A stretch of 64,000 nt of DNA, taken from the IMG/VR virus record IMGVR_UViG_3300015261_000002, positions 124,001-188,000 of that record, one strand, 5' to 3'. Numbering within the stretch: the stretch's first letter is position 1; each line of letters starts with the position of its first letter. Below are positions 1-10,005 of the stretch, in pieces. Both the position numbers and the translations under genes were made by a program. Under the pieces are notes generated by a model. That model saw only the letters and a list, made by a program, of their open reading frames with translations, was not told where the DNA came from and did not search any database.

Positions 1-1
1 T

Positions 2-2728
2 GGCAATACCGAACATCACCTCGTTGTTTGCTGGTTGACGGATCACTATGGAAGCGATCGCAATCAGCGTAGTACCGAGACGTTGCAGGTAGCAGTAGTA
101 AGTACCCGTAGTACCCACCTTAACAGCGTAGTCACGATCCAGGATCGTTGTACGACCGTTCAGCACCACACGAGCACCTGCTGGCAAACGTACCCAGCCA
201 GTTTCGTTCACGTTGAAAGGATCAACCTTACCATTACCGCCGCCGACTTCAGTCATCAATGTAGCAAAACGACTGTTGCCCGGGAGATGCTGGAATACAC
301 CCCGAGCTGGTAAGAGCAGAGGTGGGTAGATTTCTTCAACGGTGTCAAATGCATCAGTGCCCTGATACAGCCGTGCCTTGTTAACAGTGCCTGCAACAAA
401 CGAAGGCGTTGCCGATGCAAAGTTGTTGACAGTAAAGCTCAGGTCGCCGTACACATCGCCAAAGGCGCGAGTAACAACAACGTTGAACGCACTGCCGTTA
501 GCAACTGCCAACAGGTCCGAGTACTTCAGCCAGACGTTATCACCCGAGGAGGAGACCCGGTTACCCGTCATGGCCGGCTGATTGCCCGGGGTCACCTGAT
601 ACAACTTCAGCCCATTGGTTTGGGTGTAGTTGATCGTAGCGGTCGACCCAGAGACTGTCAGACCCACTACAGCAGCTTCGGCATAGCAGAGACCATCACT
701 GATGACGAGCAGTGCTTTACCCGCCGTCAGACCAAACAGCTGGATCTGTGGAGAACGGTAAGCGGGGTCTTGCAATGGGTTGGCAATTGCCGCCCGTGCC
801 ATCGCACTACCGCTTGCAGCTTTGATCGCCATAACACTACCAATAGCCAGCGCTACAGGAGTACCCACGGTCAGGATGTGGTTATTGAACTGGAACGAGC
901 TTCTGCCAACAAAGTGGTTGTTCTCGTTGAAGACCAGTGCGGAGGTCACAACACCCGGGGTTACCCGATCCACATACACCGACATACCGGACGGCATATC
1001 CGCCATGTTTTCGTTGTTATCAACCGAATCAGGCAAACGAATCCCGAAGGTACCGTCCCCACTGAGGGTGCTCACGATGCTGTCAGATACCCAGCCATAT
1101 TCCTGCCAACCGAAGCGACCGGTTTTAGCACTTGCCCCATACACCAAGAAAGAGGTTTGACCCCCGCCGTTGGTATAAGGCACGATGCGCTCAGGCAAGA
1201 GACCAAAGCACGCATGACGACTGGGTGCGTAGATCTCGGGAACCGCCAGCTTAGGGTCCACCGTAGGCCGATTGGCCAACAGGAAGTCCTTTACACCCTT
1301 GTAGGTGGTAGCGAAACGTTTTACCCGCATGCCGTTCTTGGTTGAACAGGTTTTCACGAGTTCGCCGGAGGTCAGCATGGCACCTGGGTATTGGACCAGG
1401 TTCAACAGATCAAAGCGATTACCGTCCTTGAACCAGTTGGATTGACCCACAGGCAGCAGATCATTACCAAGTGTGTCTTTGGTACGGGTTCCCAATTGAC
1501 GGAAGGTAGACGTACCACCCGCCGCGAGACTGCCAGGGATAATCGACTGCATAAAACTGAACACCAGGTTACGGGTAGTCGCACCAAGTGTTGCAATAAC
1601 CGGCACAGCCACATGCATGTAGATCTCAGCGTTCTGAACGTTCCAGAACAACGTGGTCACCACGCCATGACTACCACCACCAATCGCGAGGGTCGCACCC
1701 GCTGGCAGGTTAACGTACTTCGTCAGGTCGATCACCTGGCTGCCGTTGGCCGAAGCGTTGTAGGCAGGCGTGTCAAAACGATCGAACAGGGCTTGGTACT
1801 GAGCGTTAACCAGGTCAACGAGGGTTGGATCGGTTGTTGGGTTTGCGGCGTAGAAGAACTTGTGGTTCAACGTCACCACGGCACCTGCTGAAGAACTCGA
1901 TACCGCCAAGCCTTTATAGACGTTGGTGGCAAAGAGGTTGAACAGCAGGTAGTTCTTGTTGCTGCCCGGCATGCCAAGCGAGTTCTTGTACTGGTAGATC
2001 TTGCGATCCGCCAATGGCTTGAAGAACACCACGGAACCATCCGAAGCATCCGCCCCTACCGTGTTCCAGGACGCGGTGAGGTAGTTCGAACTCAACCCCG
2101 GTACTTCGCCCAGCTTAGCACCTTTAGAACCCCCCAGTGGCATACTGGTAAAGATGGATTGGTTCAGGTACTGCCCGGTGTCCGAAGGTGGAGAGAACAC
2201 AAGACGGTCGCCGTTCAGCAACAGACCTGTTTTCTTGCTCGGGCCTAAGTAACGTACAGGCTCTACCCGAGTCGGTGTGGCAATCGGGTATTGGTCGGGA
2301 TAGAAGAAAGACGCAAACTGGTATAGATCGTTCAGCTGGTAATCGGCCAACACAAACGACGCGTTGTTTGCCACCAGAGACGCCTTGGCACCTTCAGGGG
2401 TTACAAAGGCTTGCACAGGAGCCAGGTTGATCTGTTCCTGCTTAGTAGCCGTCCGGAAGTTATCCTTCTTGCCCAAGCCAATCGACGCCCGCGTTTCCCC
2501 GTGTTGTGCACCCCGAGAGTTCAAGTGCGCATCAATAGGGACTGCAACGGTGTCTTCAAAGATCTGGACGTTCTGCCCAATGGACTCCAGTTTTTCTTCG
2601 TTGTTGCGATTGAATTCTTCCGTGGCCAGTCGAAGGGCGTAAGTGAGCTTGTTGAACTTCTTGATCACCTCACCAAACCGAGGCGCGGGGTTTTCGATGA
2701 ATGGCGGTTCCCCACCCTTAATAATCAT
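2..2728 (-). CDS. Tail/baseplate fibre protein (phiKZ gp131-family-like), 3' end runs off the window
   Basis: Not in the ORF track. Translated by hand from ATG 2728 (SD GGAGAG): MIIKGGEPPFIENPAPRFGEV..., open for 909 codons to the window edge. Carries AHLNSRGAQHGETRASIGLGKKDNFRTA...VTPEG, the motif shared with the neighbouring fibre paralogs. Confidence 0.8.
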   Translation of the reverse strand, partial: MIIKGGEPPFIENPAPRFGEVIKKFNKLTYALRLATEEFNRNNEEKLESIGQNVQIFEDTVAVPIDAHLNSRGAQHGETRASIGLGKKDNFRTATKQEQINLAPVQAFVTPEGAKASLVANNASFVLADYQLNDLYQFASFFYPDQYPIATPTRVEPVRYLGPSKKTGLLLNGDRLVFSPPSDTGQYLNQSIFTSMPLGGSKGAKLGEVPGLSSNYLTASWNTVGADASDGSVVFFKPLADRKIYQYKNSLGMPGSNKNYLLFNLFATNVYKGLAVSSSSAGAVVTLNHKFFYAANPTTDPTLVDLVNAQYQALFDRFDTPAYNASANGSQVIDLTKYVNLPAGATLAIGGGSHGVVTTLFWNVQNAEIYMHVAVPVIATLGATTRNLVFSFMQSIIPGSLAAGGTSTFRQLGTRTKDTLGNDLLPVGQSNWFKDGNRFDLLNLVQYPGAMLTSGELVKTCSTKNGMRVKRFATTYKGVKDFLLANRPTVDPKLAVPEIYAPSRHACFGLLPERIVPYTNGGGQTSFLVYGASAKTGRFGWQEYGWVSDSIVSTLSGDGTFGIRLPDSVDNNENMADMPSGMSVYVDRVTPGVVTSALVFNENNHFVGRSSFQFNNHILTVGTPVALAIGSVMAIKAASGSAMARAAIANPLQDPAYRSPQIQLFGLTAGKALLVISDGLCYAEAAVVGLTVSGSTATINYTQTNGLKLYQVTPGNQPAMTGNRVSSSGDNVWLKYSDLLAVANGSAFNVVVTRAFGDVYGDLSFTVNNFASATPSFVAGTVNKARLYQGTDAFDTVEEIYPPLLLPARGVFQHLPGNSRFATLMTEVGGGNGKVDPFNVNETGWVRLPAGARVVLNGRTTILDRDYAVKVGTTGTYYCYLQRLGTTLIAIASIVIRQPANNEVMFGIA

Positions 2729-2741
2729 AGCCACTCTCCGT

Positions 2742-2766
2742 TAAAATAGGGGGACCGAAGTCCCCC
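2742..2766 (-). terminator. Intrinsic terminator between fibre genes
   Basis: Minus strand GGGGGAC-UUCG-GUCCCCC followed by UAUUUU, directly after the stop of the 2774 gene. Confidence 0.9.
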
Positions 2767-2773
2767 GAATGCA

Positions 2774-5700
2774 TTAAGGCAACAGCTCACCTTGATGAAG
2801 GAATACAAACAAGCCTTCATCCTGAGGGTAGCCCGTGGACATAGGAATGGTCCCACCTTCACGGGTATAGCTCAGCAGCAAGTCGCCCACCATAAACGGT
2901 TGTTCACGAGTGATCGTCAGGATCTGACGGTCGTTGGTAACGATGGTCGCTACCCGCAGCATCGATCCGCTCTTACGAAGCTGTACTGCCGACAACAGAT
3001 ACTTCGGTGTCTCATCCTCGATCGTTGCGTACATGTAGAACGTTTTGTTTTGAGGCGCCGGATCCACATCCCGCAGGTCGATCGTACCACCCTGGATGGA
3101 GTAGGACGTGCCGTTGATCATCATCCGGATGTTGTCTTGGATAAAGAGCAACCAGCCCACTTCAGGATACACCGTCGTAGGGATAATGTAACCGACCCCC
3201 GACTTGGCATGAATCGCCGCACCACCGCCCGTGAACTGATACGGGAACAGGGTTTGGGTAATCAACTTGCCGTCAAAACCATCCTGGTTCGTGATACTGA
3301 GGTCTGTCATCCCCACACCTGGCCACATTACTGCCGCATCGCCCCGATCACGAGCAAGAGAACCCACTGCCAGGTTTTCAATCTGGCTGTTGCCCAGGTT
3401 CAAGTCAAAAGTGGTGATGGGTACTTGACGAGAAGTGGCCACCACATGTTCATAACCCGATGTGATCAAGAGTTTCAGGTAGTTACCATCCCGATAACCT
3501 GTCAGCAACGGCTTGGCGATGTAGATCGTATCCAGCTTTTGCCACTGCTCATACCCTTGCAGTACCGCCCAAGGGCACGTAGAGACATCAGCAGGTGCGG
3601 ACGCCCAGTTATAACTCGTAATGAGGTAAACCCCTGGGTGGTTGGCGTTAGGCGCCTCGACCACAGGAACCCCGATCAGCACACGAGACCGGAAACGAGC
3701 AGTGCCTTCAACAATCCAGTTGACCATAACCACCGAGTGATTCAAACCGCGGAACATCCCGCCGTTCTCTGCGCCCAGATGGTTGATCGTAAAGGACCAT
3801 TTGCTGGCATTGCCTGTGATCGCCCTGATTTGATCGATAACGTTCTGCCGGAAACCATAGAAGCTGGTGGCTGAATAGGTCGCTACCTTGTTGATCGCAT
3901 CGAGTGACTTGGTGTATGTCCGCGGGAAAGAGACCGCCACGTTTCCGCTTGCAGGCGCTCTTAACTGAGGGCACTCCGGCAGATGCTGACTTACCGGATA
4001 GAGACTCGAGTACCCACAGAAGCTTGCCGAACCGCTGCCTTGATCCACACCTGCCGCCGCCAGTTCTACTCCGGTACCTGTAATGCCCAACATGCCGTCG
4101 ACGCGTAGCAGGTTTGTGGAATAGATCTCGGTAGTCAGCGGGCGAGAGTTGATGTTTGGACCCAACGTTAAGTTGTTAACACCGTCCCGTACCGCATAAC
4201 CGCCGCTAACCTTCCGGAAGAACACCTTGCGCCGCAGATCAGGTGTCGACATGTCGGCCGCCCCGAAGACTTCACCGTCCGCTTCAAACGTCATGGACGA
4301 TGTGTACACGCCATTCTTAGTTGCAGGCTGAACAGAAGGGACGTGAAGCACATTGCGTTCAACCTGCGTGGTGTCGCTATCCAACAGTCGCGACATCCAT
4401 TGCTCGGCATTGGTGATGCCTTTCATCTTCAGGATGTTTAACCGACAAGGAAATTCAGCAGCCCCTTCAAACACGCAAGTTGAGACCATTTCACCCGTCG
4501 CCAAAATTACCGAGGACGGTTGCTGATAAGCGACCAACTGGTTGTAAAGATGTCGATATTGACGAATGTACGCTTCGCCGTCACTTACAGTAAAGTCAAG
4601 TGAGATAGGCGGGCTTTTATTCTGTCTGGACATCACACCAGTCGCGGGGTTAAAGATGTGGAACATCTCGGTGATCCCCGGCAGGATCTGAACAAAGAGC
4701 GGGTCGACCGGACGGTCATAGTAGACCATGTGGAAGTATTGAAGAGTATGGAAGTAGTGGTTACCACCTCCGCCAGTTTGTGGCCATGACAGGTTCAGGT
4801 CACGTCGCAAAATCGACAGCCAGGTAATAGGCTGTTGCATCGTGAAACGACCAAAGCGAACGACCTTGCCATTTGCATCCTTGTATACCTGCTGCGCCTG
4901 ATAGTCCAGCACACCGTTGTACTGAACGCCGTCCCAATCCTGGTAGGTCAGTGGAATAGGCTCCCACGCTACCGCAAGACCGTTTACTACGTCGGCCGTC
5001 TTCACACGATAGAAGCGGCTCTTCGGCACACCCTCGGCCGCCACGTACGCTTGCACCAACACCAGGTAGGCACCCATGTGGTGAATGGTAGCCTGGTCAT
5101 TACGACCAAACACTGGGGCGTTACCATATGGCGATCCGAAGAATGCCGTGAGTGCGCTCATGTCGCAGCGGACGTAAGCATGACCGCCTGGATCAAACGA
5201 ACCGTTGGTCAGACAGATAAACCAATCGTTGGTTCCCGCCACACCCGTCATGATGACCTTGTTACCACTGCCCGCAATGATGCGGTCAACATCGATACCG
5301 ATAGCCGTCAGTGCCGGTGGACGGTACTTGTAGTTGCTGTAGGTAACCCGGATGTTGTCCTTGTTGTAGTTCTCAACCACCGAGAAGTACAGCCCTTTAG
5401 TCCGACCATCGTTGTGGTTAGACAACACCATCATCAGACCGCTTGGCTCCAGGCAGATACCTGAGCATTCAGTCTGTTGACCCATGCCTTCAAACGAACC
5501 GCTGATGTTTGGAGGTAGGAAAGACTCACCGCTGTACGAACTGATCGGGAAGATACCCGCCAGCATCGCCTTATCGGTGTCTGGGACGTAGCTCTTGGCA
5601 AGGGCTACCACGCCATGGGGTGTACTGAGAACGTCGCTCCTGACGCCTGCCAGGTCCTCTGCAAGCGTAGCCGTGCGGTAGTTGTCATGGTTACCCATGT

Positions 5701-6370
5701 CGATATCGAACGCATCTGCTTCGTGAGGGTTGTTGTAGTTCTTGTCGTGCGCCTGCAACCGAGTCAACTGTCCATCACGCGCCGCGTACAACTTCTCATA
5801 GGCTGCGTCTACCGCTGCCGTCAGCTTGTCGTCGAAGTCAGGATCCCGAGTACTGCGGATACCTTCCAACTCAGCAAAGAAGTACGTGAAATCATACCAG
5901 TCCATGATTTCAGTTTTGATGTTGTGCGTGTGGTACTCAGGTGGCAGGGTAGGCGGAACGTAAAAGATTTTGCTCCAAGGGATCGGGGTCTTACCCTTGT
6001 GCATCTCGTCCAGCCATTCTTGCAGGTTGTTGCGGGGTACAAACCATGCACCGATGCTCTGGTAGTCGACAGTGATGAAATCGTTTCCTGCCAGGATTGC
6101 ATCAGACACACGGATAAAGGAACAAATAGAACGACCGGTGATCTCGCAGAAAGGAACGAACTCACCTTCAACGTAGTAGTCACGGTCACGGGTCAGAATA
6201 CCGCCCGCTTGGTTACGAACCACGAGCAGTCCGGGTTCGTTAAAGAAAGGGGACCCGTTAGGGATCGTCCAGTTCAAGGTCTTATCCTTGAGTGGGATCT
6301 TCTCGCCGGGGATCGTGTTGACTGGGTTGACACCGCGGATATCAAACACTAAGAGCGGAATGGAATCCAT
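2774..6370 (-). CDS. Tail/baseplate fibre protein (gp131-family-like), about 1198 aa
   Basis: Start probably ATG 6370 (MDSIPLL, SD AAGG). N-terminal P-x-x-SPFF module, NPH...MGNHDNYRTA motif, FLPPNISGSFEG and C-terminal GTIDLRDVDPAPQNKTFY are all shared with 6438..9995. Confidence 0.8.
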   Translation of the reverse strand: MDSIPLLVFDIRGVNPVNTIPGEKIPLKDKTLNWTIPNGSPFFNEPGLLVVRNQAGGILTRDRDYYVEGEFVPFCEITGRSICSFIRVSDAILAGNDFITVDYQSIGAWFVPRNNLQEWLDEMHKGKTPIPWSKIFYVPPTLPPEYHTHNIKTEIMDWYDFTYFFAELEGIRSTRDPDFDDKLTAAVDAAYEKLYAARDGQLTRLQAHDKNYNNPHEADAFDIDMGNHDNYRTATLAEDLAGVRSDVLSTPHGVVALAKSYVPDTDKAMLAGIFPISSYSGESFLPPNISGSFEGMGQQTECSGICLEPSGLMMVLSNHNDGRTKGLYFSVVENYNKDNIRVTYSNYKYRPPALTAIGIDVDRIIAGSGNKVIMTGVAGTNDWFICLTNGSFDPGGHAYVRCDMSALTAFFGSPYGNAPVFGRNDQATIHHMGAYLVLVQAYVAAEGVPKSRFYRVKTADVVNGLAVAWEPIPLTYQDWDGVQYNGVLDYQAQQVYKDANGKVVRFGRFTMQQPITWLSILRRDLNLSWPQTGGGGNHYFHTLQYFHMVYYDRPVDPLFVQILPGITEMFHIFNPATGVMSRQNKSPPISLDFTVSDGEAYIRQYRHLYNQLVAYQQPSSVILATGEMVSTCVFEGAAEFPCRLNILKMKGITNAEQWMSRLLDSDTTQVERNVLHVPSVQPATKNGVYTSSMTFEADGEVFGAADMSTPDLRRKVFFRKVSGGYAVRDGVNNLTLGPNINSRPLTTEIYSTNLLRVDGMLGITGTGVELAAAGVDQGSGSASFCGYSSLYPVSQHLPECPQLRAPASGNVAVSFPRTYTKSLDAINKVATYSATSFYGFRQNVIDQIRAITGNASKWSFTINHLGAENGGMFRGLNHSVVMVNWIVEGTARFRSRVLIGVPVVEAPNANHPGVYLITSYNWASAPADVSTCPWAVLQGYEQWQKLDTIYIAKPLLTGYRDGNYLKLLITSGYEHVVATSRQVPITTFDLNLGNSQIENLAVGSLARDRGDAAVMWPGVGMTDLSITNQDGFDGKLITQTLFPYQFTGGGAAIHAKSGVGYIIPTTVYPEVGWLLFIQDNIRMMINGTSYSIQGGTIDLRDVDPAPQNKTFYMYATIEDETPKYLLSAVQLRKSGSMLRVATIVTNDRQILTITREQPFMVGDLLLSYTREGGTIPMSTGYPQDEGLFVFLHQGELLP

Positions 6371-6386
6371 CACTTTAACCTTATTC

Positions 6387-6426
6387 AAAAGAAAGGAGGC
6401 CAGGGAGGTTAACTCCCCGGCTATCC
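6387..6426 (-). terminator. Intrinsic terminator between fibre genes
   Basis: Minus strand GCCGGGGAG-(5 nt loop)-CUCCCUGGC followed by CUCCUUUCUUUU. Confidence 0.8.
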
Positions 6427-6437
6427 GGACCTAAGTT

Positions 6438-9400
6438 TTAAGGAAGGATTTCACTCTGGTAGAACCAAGGGATTTGTCCTTCCTCGACGACCAAACCAGA
6501 CGAAGCTGGAATGGAGTTACCGCGTTTGAGCTCACTGATGCGGTGGCCGTTCATGGCAATCACGTTGTACCGGTCAATGGTAAGAATCTGACTGGCATTA
6601 GTGGTCACCTTGCCGACCCACAGTTGGTACTGACTTTCCAACCGCTTCAAGGTGGTGATCTCGTACTGAGCTGCACCGTCCCTGAGAAACGCATAAATGT
6701 AAAACGTTTTGTTCTGCGGAGCTGGGTCGATATCACGCAAGTCAACAGAGCCCGCCGGAAGTACAAACGGACGACCGTTGAAGATCACATTGATGTCAGT
6801 TTTGAAGAAGATCACCCAACCGGTTTGTGGATACACCGAACCTACCAGTGCATTGTTAACCGGACCCTGTTGAATCGTCGCCGCGCCACCCGTAATCGGT
6901 CCCCAGGCCCAGGCACGGCCGATACCGTTATCGGGTGTTACGCAGACGGTCGGTACACCCGTACTGGTGTCTTGACGAAGGTTACTGCTCCAACGACGGG
7001 TATTCCGGTCATTGTAGCTGAACTGCCAATCCAACGCGTACGAGTCACCCGGGGTATAGGACATGATCCCTGAACCGAAATACACCTGCAAGTTGTTGCC
7101 ATTCAGGTAGTACCGAACCCGCATCGGTCCGTGGTTCGACGACGCCGTTTCGTAGTTGAGGACAGCACCATAAATACGCGCGGTCGGTTGCAACGGAACA
7201 GCTTGGCCTTGACCCACACCATGGACTTTATCGAGCACAGTGTAACCTGTTACTTGATAACGACCGTTAACAGCAGCATAGGTCGGTTGGATGGTCATAA
7301 ACGTCGAGTACAACGTGTTGATATCCGCCCCGCCTGTCGGCGCGTATTGCACGCACACGCAAACCGGCAACCAACCCGCTCGTGCAGACATTGCCGAATA
7401 GGTTGGGTCGCAGATAACGATCAACTTAAACCGAGCCGCCATGGCCGGGAACTGGATCTCGTTCTTCAGCGCGTTGACAATCGCTTCGGGGTAGAGGACC
7501 TCCAGTGTAGGCACAATCGTTACCGTTCCATCGGCTTCAATGCGGTTGTTGTGGTTCGCCACCAAAAGCACGTCGTTCGGGTTGGCGGTATTGGCTGGCC
7601 AAGCAGTCCCTATGGTAGATCGATCGAAGTCTTTCGTCTGGCTGTTCATACAGAACGCACCATCACCCACATCGACGCCGTAGTTACTCAGCTCGTTGGT
7701 GTTAAACACCACCGTTGCCATACCAATACCCACTGGTGCGTTTACTGGTCGGATATCCCCCGTAAGTGGACGAGACGTCACAGTGCCCAACGGGATGTTG
7801 GTGACCTCCGGCCGTACTGCAAAGCGACCTGAGATCGTTTTGAAGAATGGCTTGGAGTAAATCTGCTGTCTCTGCCCAGCCGCCACGTAGAACTCACCCG
7901 TCGGTACGTAGGCGTGGTGCCTAACGTTAATCGACGACGCCAATGGGCTCGTAAGGATTTCGTTCCAGGAAAAGGTGACGAAGTCCTTAGCCAATCCCCA
8001 CAACCTTGAGATAGTCGTGTGTCGGGTATGAGTCCCCGGAATATTGACCACCAGTGCAGCACGCGGGAAGCCTTCGAAACCAGGAGACCCCGACGCCGCA
8101 TACCGACCGTCTGCCAGCACGTTGCCACCTTGGTTCTTGTAGAAGAAGGTCGCGTTATACATGGCCCGGTTTTGGAGGTACTGTGTAGGAGTACCACCTA
8201 CCACGTTGAAGTCAACAGTGAAGACCGGAGTCGCCGATGTCAAAGACATGACACCCGTGTTTGGATCAAAGTTGTAGTTGATTTCAGGAACATACGTGAA
8301 CGAGTTGTTCAACGTTGCACCCACGATCGACGCGTAAAACGCGATCATGAACTTCATCGCATACTGGCCCGGCACAGTCGGGTTCTCAGCCACCAAGATT
8401 GGCGACGAGCGGTACATACCGATCATGCCGTTCGAGGCTTGCGCAAACGGGAACAAGCACTTCGTTGTGAAACCGTTACCGTCCTTGATGTGGTCACACC
8501 AGCGGAAGTATGGCGAGTTGTTCCACTGCACGCCCTCGGCGTCCATAAACGACACGTTCTGATGAACAGGCGTTACAGGGATTTGCGCTTTAACGTCCGC
8601 CAGGTTTACACGGTAGAAGAACTTGAACCGCATGTCCTGACCCACGTATGGAGCAGCCTGCGGAGTTCCGGTTGAGGCGGTATGAAAAATGTAAATCCAT
8701 GGTCCGATCAACGCAATGCTGAGCCAAGGAAAGATCTCGCTGACACGACGAGACCCTGGGTTGGTAAAGATCGCACCCAGCAACCCGGTCAGGTTAATCG
8801 GGGAGTAAACGTGTTTCGCCGGATCCAGGGAACCGTTGGTTACCCCGATGTAGTACATCTCGCTGTCGCTGTCACCCACGAGGATAACGTCTTCACCACT
8901 GCCCTGAGCAACCGTGTTAACCACCGCCCCGTCGATGTTGATACGAGGGTGGTTGTACTTGTAGCCTGTGTACAGTAACTGCCCGGTAGCCGGATCTTCA
9001 GAATCTGTCAGCACTGAGTAGTACAGGCCTTTGGTACGTCCGTCGAAACGGTTCCACAAGTAGGCCATGGAGCCGTCAGACTCCAGCGTGATAGCAGCGG
9101 TCTCACTGAAACCACCAAAGCCCTCAAACGAACCGTCGATGTTCGCAGGGATGAAGTTCGTGTTACCGAAACGAGAGATCGGCAGCAAGCCGGTCTTCAG
9201 GTACTGCGAACTGTCAAAGCCGTAGTTCTCGATAATGGTCTCCAACCCTTGAGGGGTCAGGTGCATATCGCTACGAGCCTGCAACACGTTACCGCTGTTA
9301 GCGGTTTCGAAGTTGTCGACCTTTTCCAGATTGACTTGGAGTGCCGTCAAACCGTGTTCGTTGTTTGTCCGCATGTGGCGGGTCAAGAACTCGGTCAGCA

Positions 9401-9995
9401 TCTCGCTGTAGACGTTGATGTAGTGCGTCAGGAGGTCGTAGAAGTGGTCGATCCGGATCTGAGTCGGTTCACGACCGTTCGCTGCCTTCATGGCCAGGTA
9501 CAGGTCCATCACTTCCAGCGTATCCTGCCAGCACACAACCGTACGGATCAGGCTGTGGCTGTGGAGACGAGGCGGGAATACCACGGGTTTGTTCTTGAGG
9601 TTTTCCCAGAACACTGGACGATCGTCATTGACAGCCGAAAAGATCATTTGCAGCATGCGGTTGTCAATTAACGAGTATTCCCCAACGACGTGATAATCCA
9701 GCAGCACGTCGGTGAGGTCCGGATCCAGCAGCTCGATAAAGCAGGCCACCGATTGTCCGGCCAGATCAGTGAGGCGAGGCATAATGCTAAAGATCTGGTA
9801 ATGCACCCCCAGGTCAAGCGGTTTACCGTTTGGTGCTTTAACCGTCAGTGTCTTGGTGAAGAACGGCGCATGGTCTGGAACAATGATGCGAGACCAAATA
9901 CCTGCTGGGGTGGACTTAGGCTCATCGTAGATTTTGTTTTCCGGATTAAGCCCTTCAAGGTCCTCTTGATACTCACGGAGAATGGGGAAATGCAT
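6438..9995 (-). CDS. Tail/baseplate fibre protein (gp131-family-like), about 1185 aa
   Basis: Start probably ATG 9995 (MHFPILREY, SD AAGGA). Contains IVPDHAPFF, EHGLTALQVNLEKVDNFETA, FIPANIDGSFEG and GSVDLRDIDPAPQNKTFY; a clear paralog of 2774..6370. Confidence 0.8.
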   Translation of the reverse strand: MHFPILREYQEDLEGLNPENKIYDEPKSTPAGIWSRIIVPDHAPFFTKTLTVKAPNGKPLDLGVHYQIFSIMPRLTDLAGQSVACFIELLDPDLTDVLLDYHVVGEYSLIDNRMLQMIFSAVNDDRPVFWENLKNKPVVFPPRLHSHSLIRTVVCWQDTLEVMDLYLAMKAANGREPTQIRIDHFYDLLTHYINVYSEMLTEFLTRHMRTNNEHGLTALQVNLEKVDNFETANSGNVLQARSDMHLTPQGLETIIENYGFDSSQYLKTGLLPISRFGNTNFIPANIDGSFEGFGGFSETAAITLESDGSMAYLWNRFDGRTKGLYYSVLTDSEDPATGQLLYTGYKYNHPRINIDGAVVNTVAQGSGEDVILVGDSDSEMYYIGVTNGSLDPAKHVYSPINLTGLLGAIFTNPGSRRVSEIFPWLSIALIGPWIYIFHTASTGTPQAAPYVGQDMRFKFFYRVNLADVKAQIPVTPVHQNVSFMDAEGVQWNNSPYFRWCDHIKDGNGFTTKCLFPFAQASNGMIGMYRSSPILVAENPTVPGQYAMKFMIAFYASIVGATLNNSFTYVPEINYNFDPNTGVMSLTSATPVFTVDFNVVGGTPTQYLQNRAMYNATFFYKNQGGNVLADGRYAASGSPGFEGFPRAALVVNIPGTHTRHTTISRLWGLAKDFVTFSWNEILTSPLASSINVRHHAYVPTGEFYVAAGQRQQIYSKPFFKTISGRFAVRPEVTNIPLGTVTSRPLTGDIRPVNAPVGIGMATVVFNTNELSNYGVDVGDGAFCMNSQTKDFDRSTIGTAWPANTANPNDVLLVANHNNRIEADGTVTIVPTLEVLYPEAIVNALKNEIQFPAMAARFKLIVICDPTYSAMSARAGWLPVCVCVQYAPTGGADINTLYSTFMTIQPTYAAVNGRYQVTGYTVLDKVHGVGQGQAVPLQPTARIYGAVLNYETASSNHGPMRVRYYLNGNNLQVYFGSGIMSYTPGDSYALDWQFSYNDRNTRRWSSNLRQDTSTGVPTVCVTPDNGIGRAWAWGPITGGAATIQQGPVNNALVGSVYPQTGWVIFFKTDINVIFNGRPFVLPAGSVDLRDIDPAPQNKTFYIYAFLRDGAAQYEITTLKRLESQYQLWVGKVTTNASQILTIDRYNVIAMNGHRISELKRGNSIPASSGLVVEEGQIPWFYQSEILP

Positions 9996-10005
9996 ATCCA
10001 GTTCC

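Noticed and set aside
3030-6780. Similar C-termini of two fibre genes as a possible DGR template/variable repeat or inversion system
   Set aside because: The similarity is at protein level with many synonymous differences that are not adenine-specific. No reverse transcriptase, invertase or inverted repeats are in the window.
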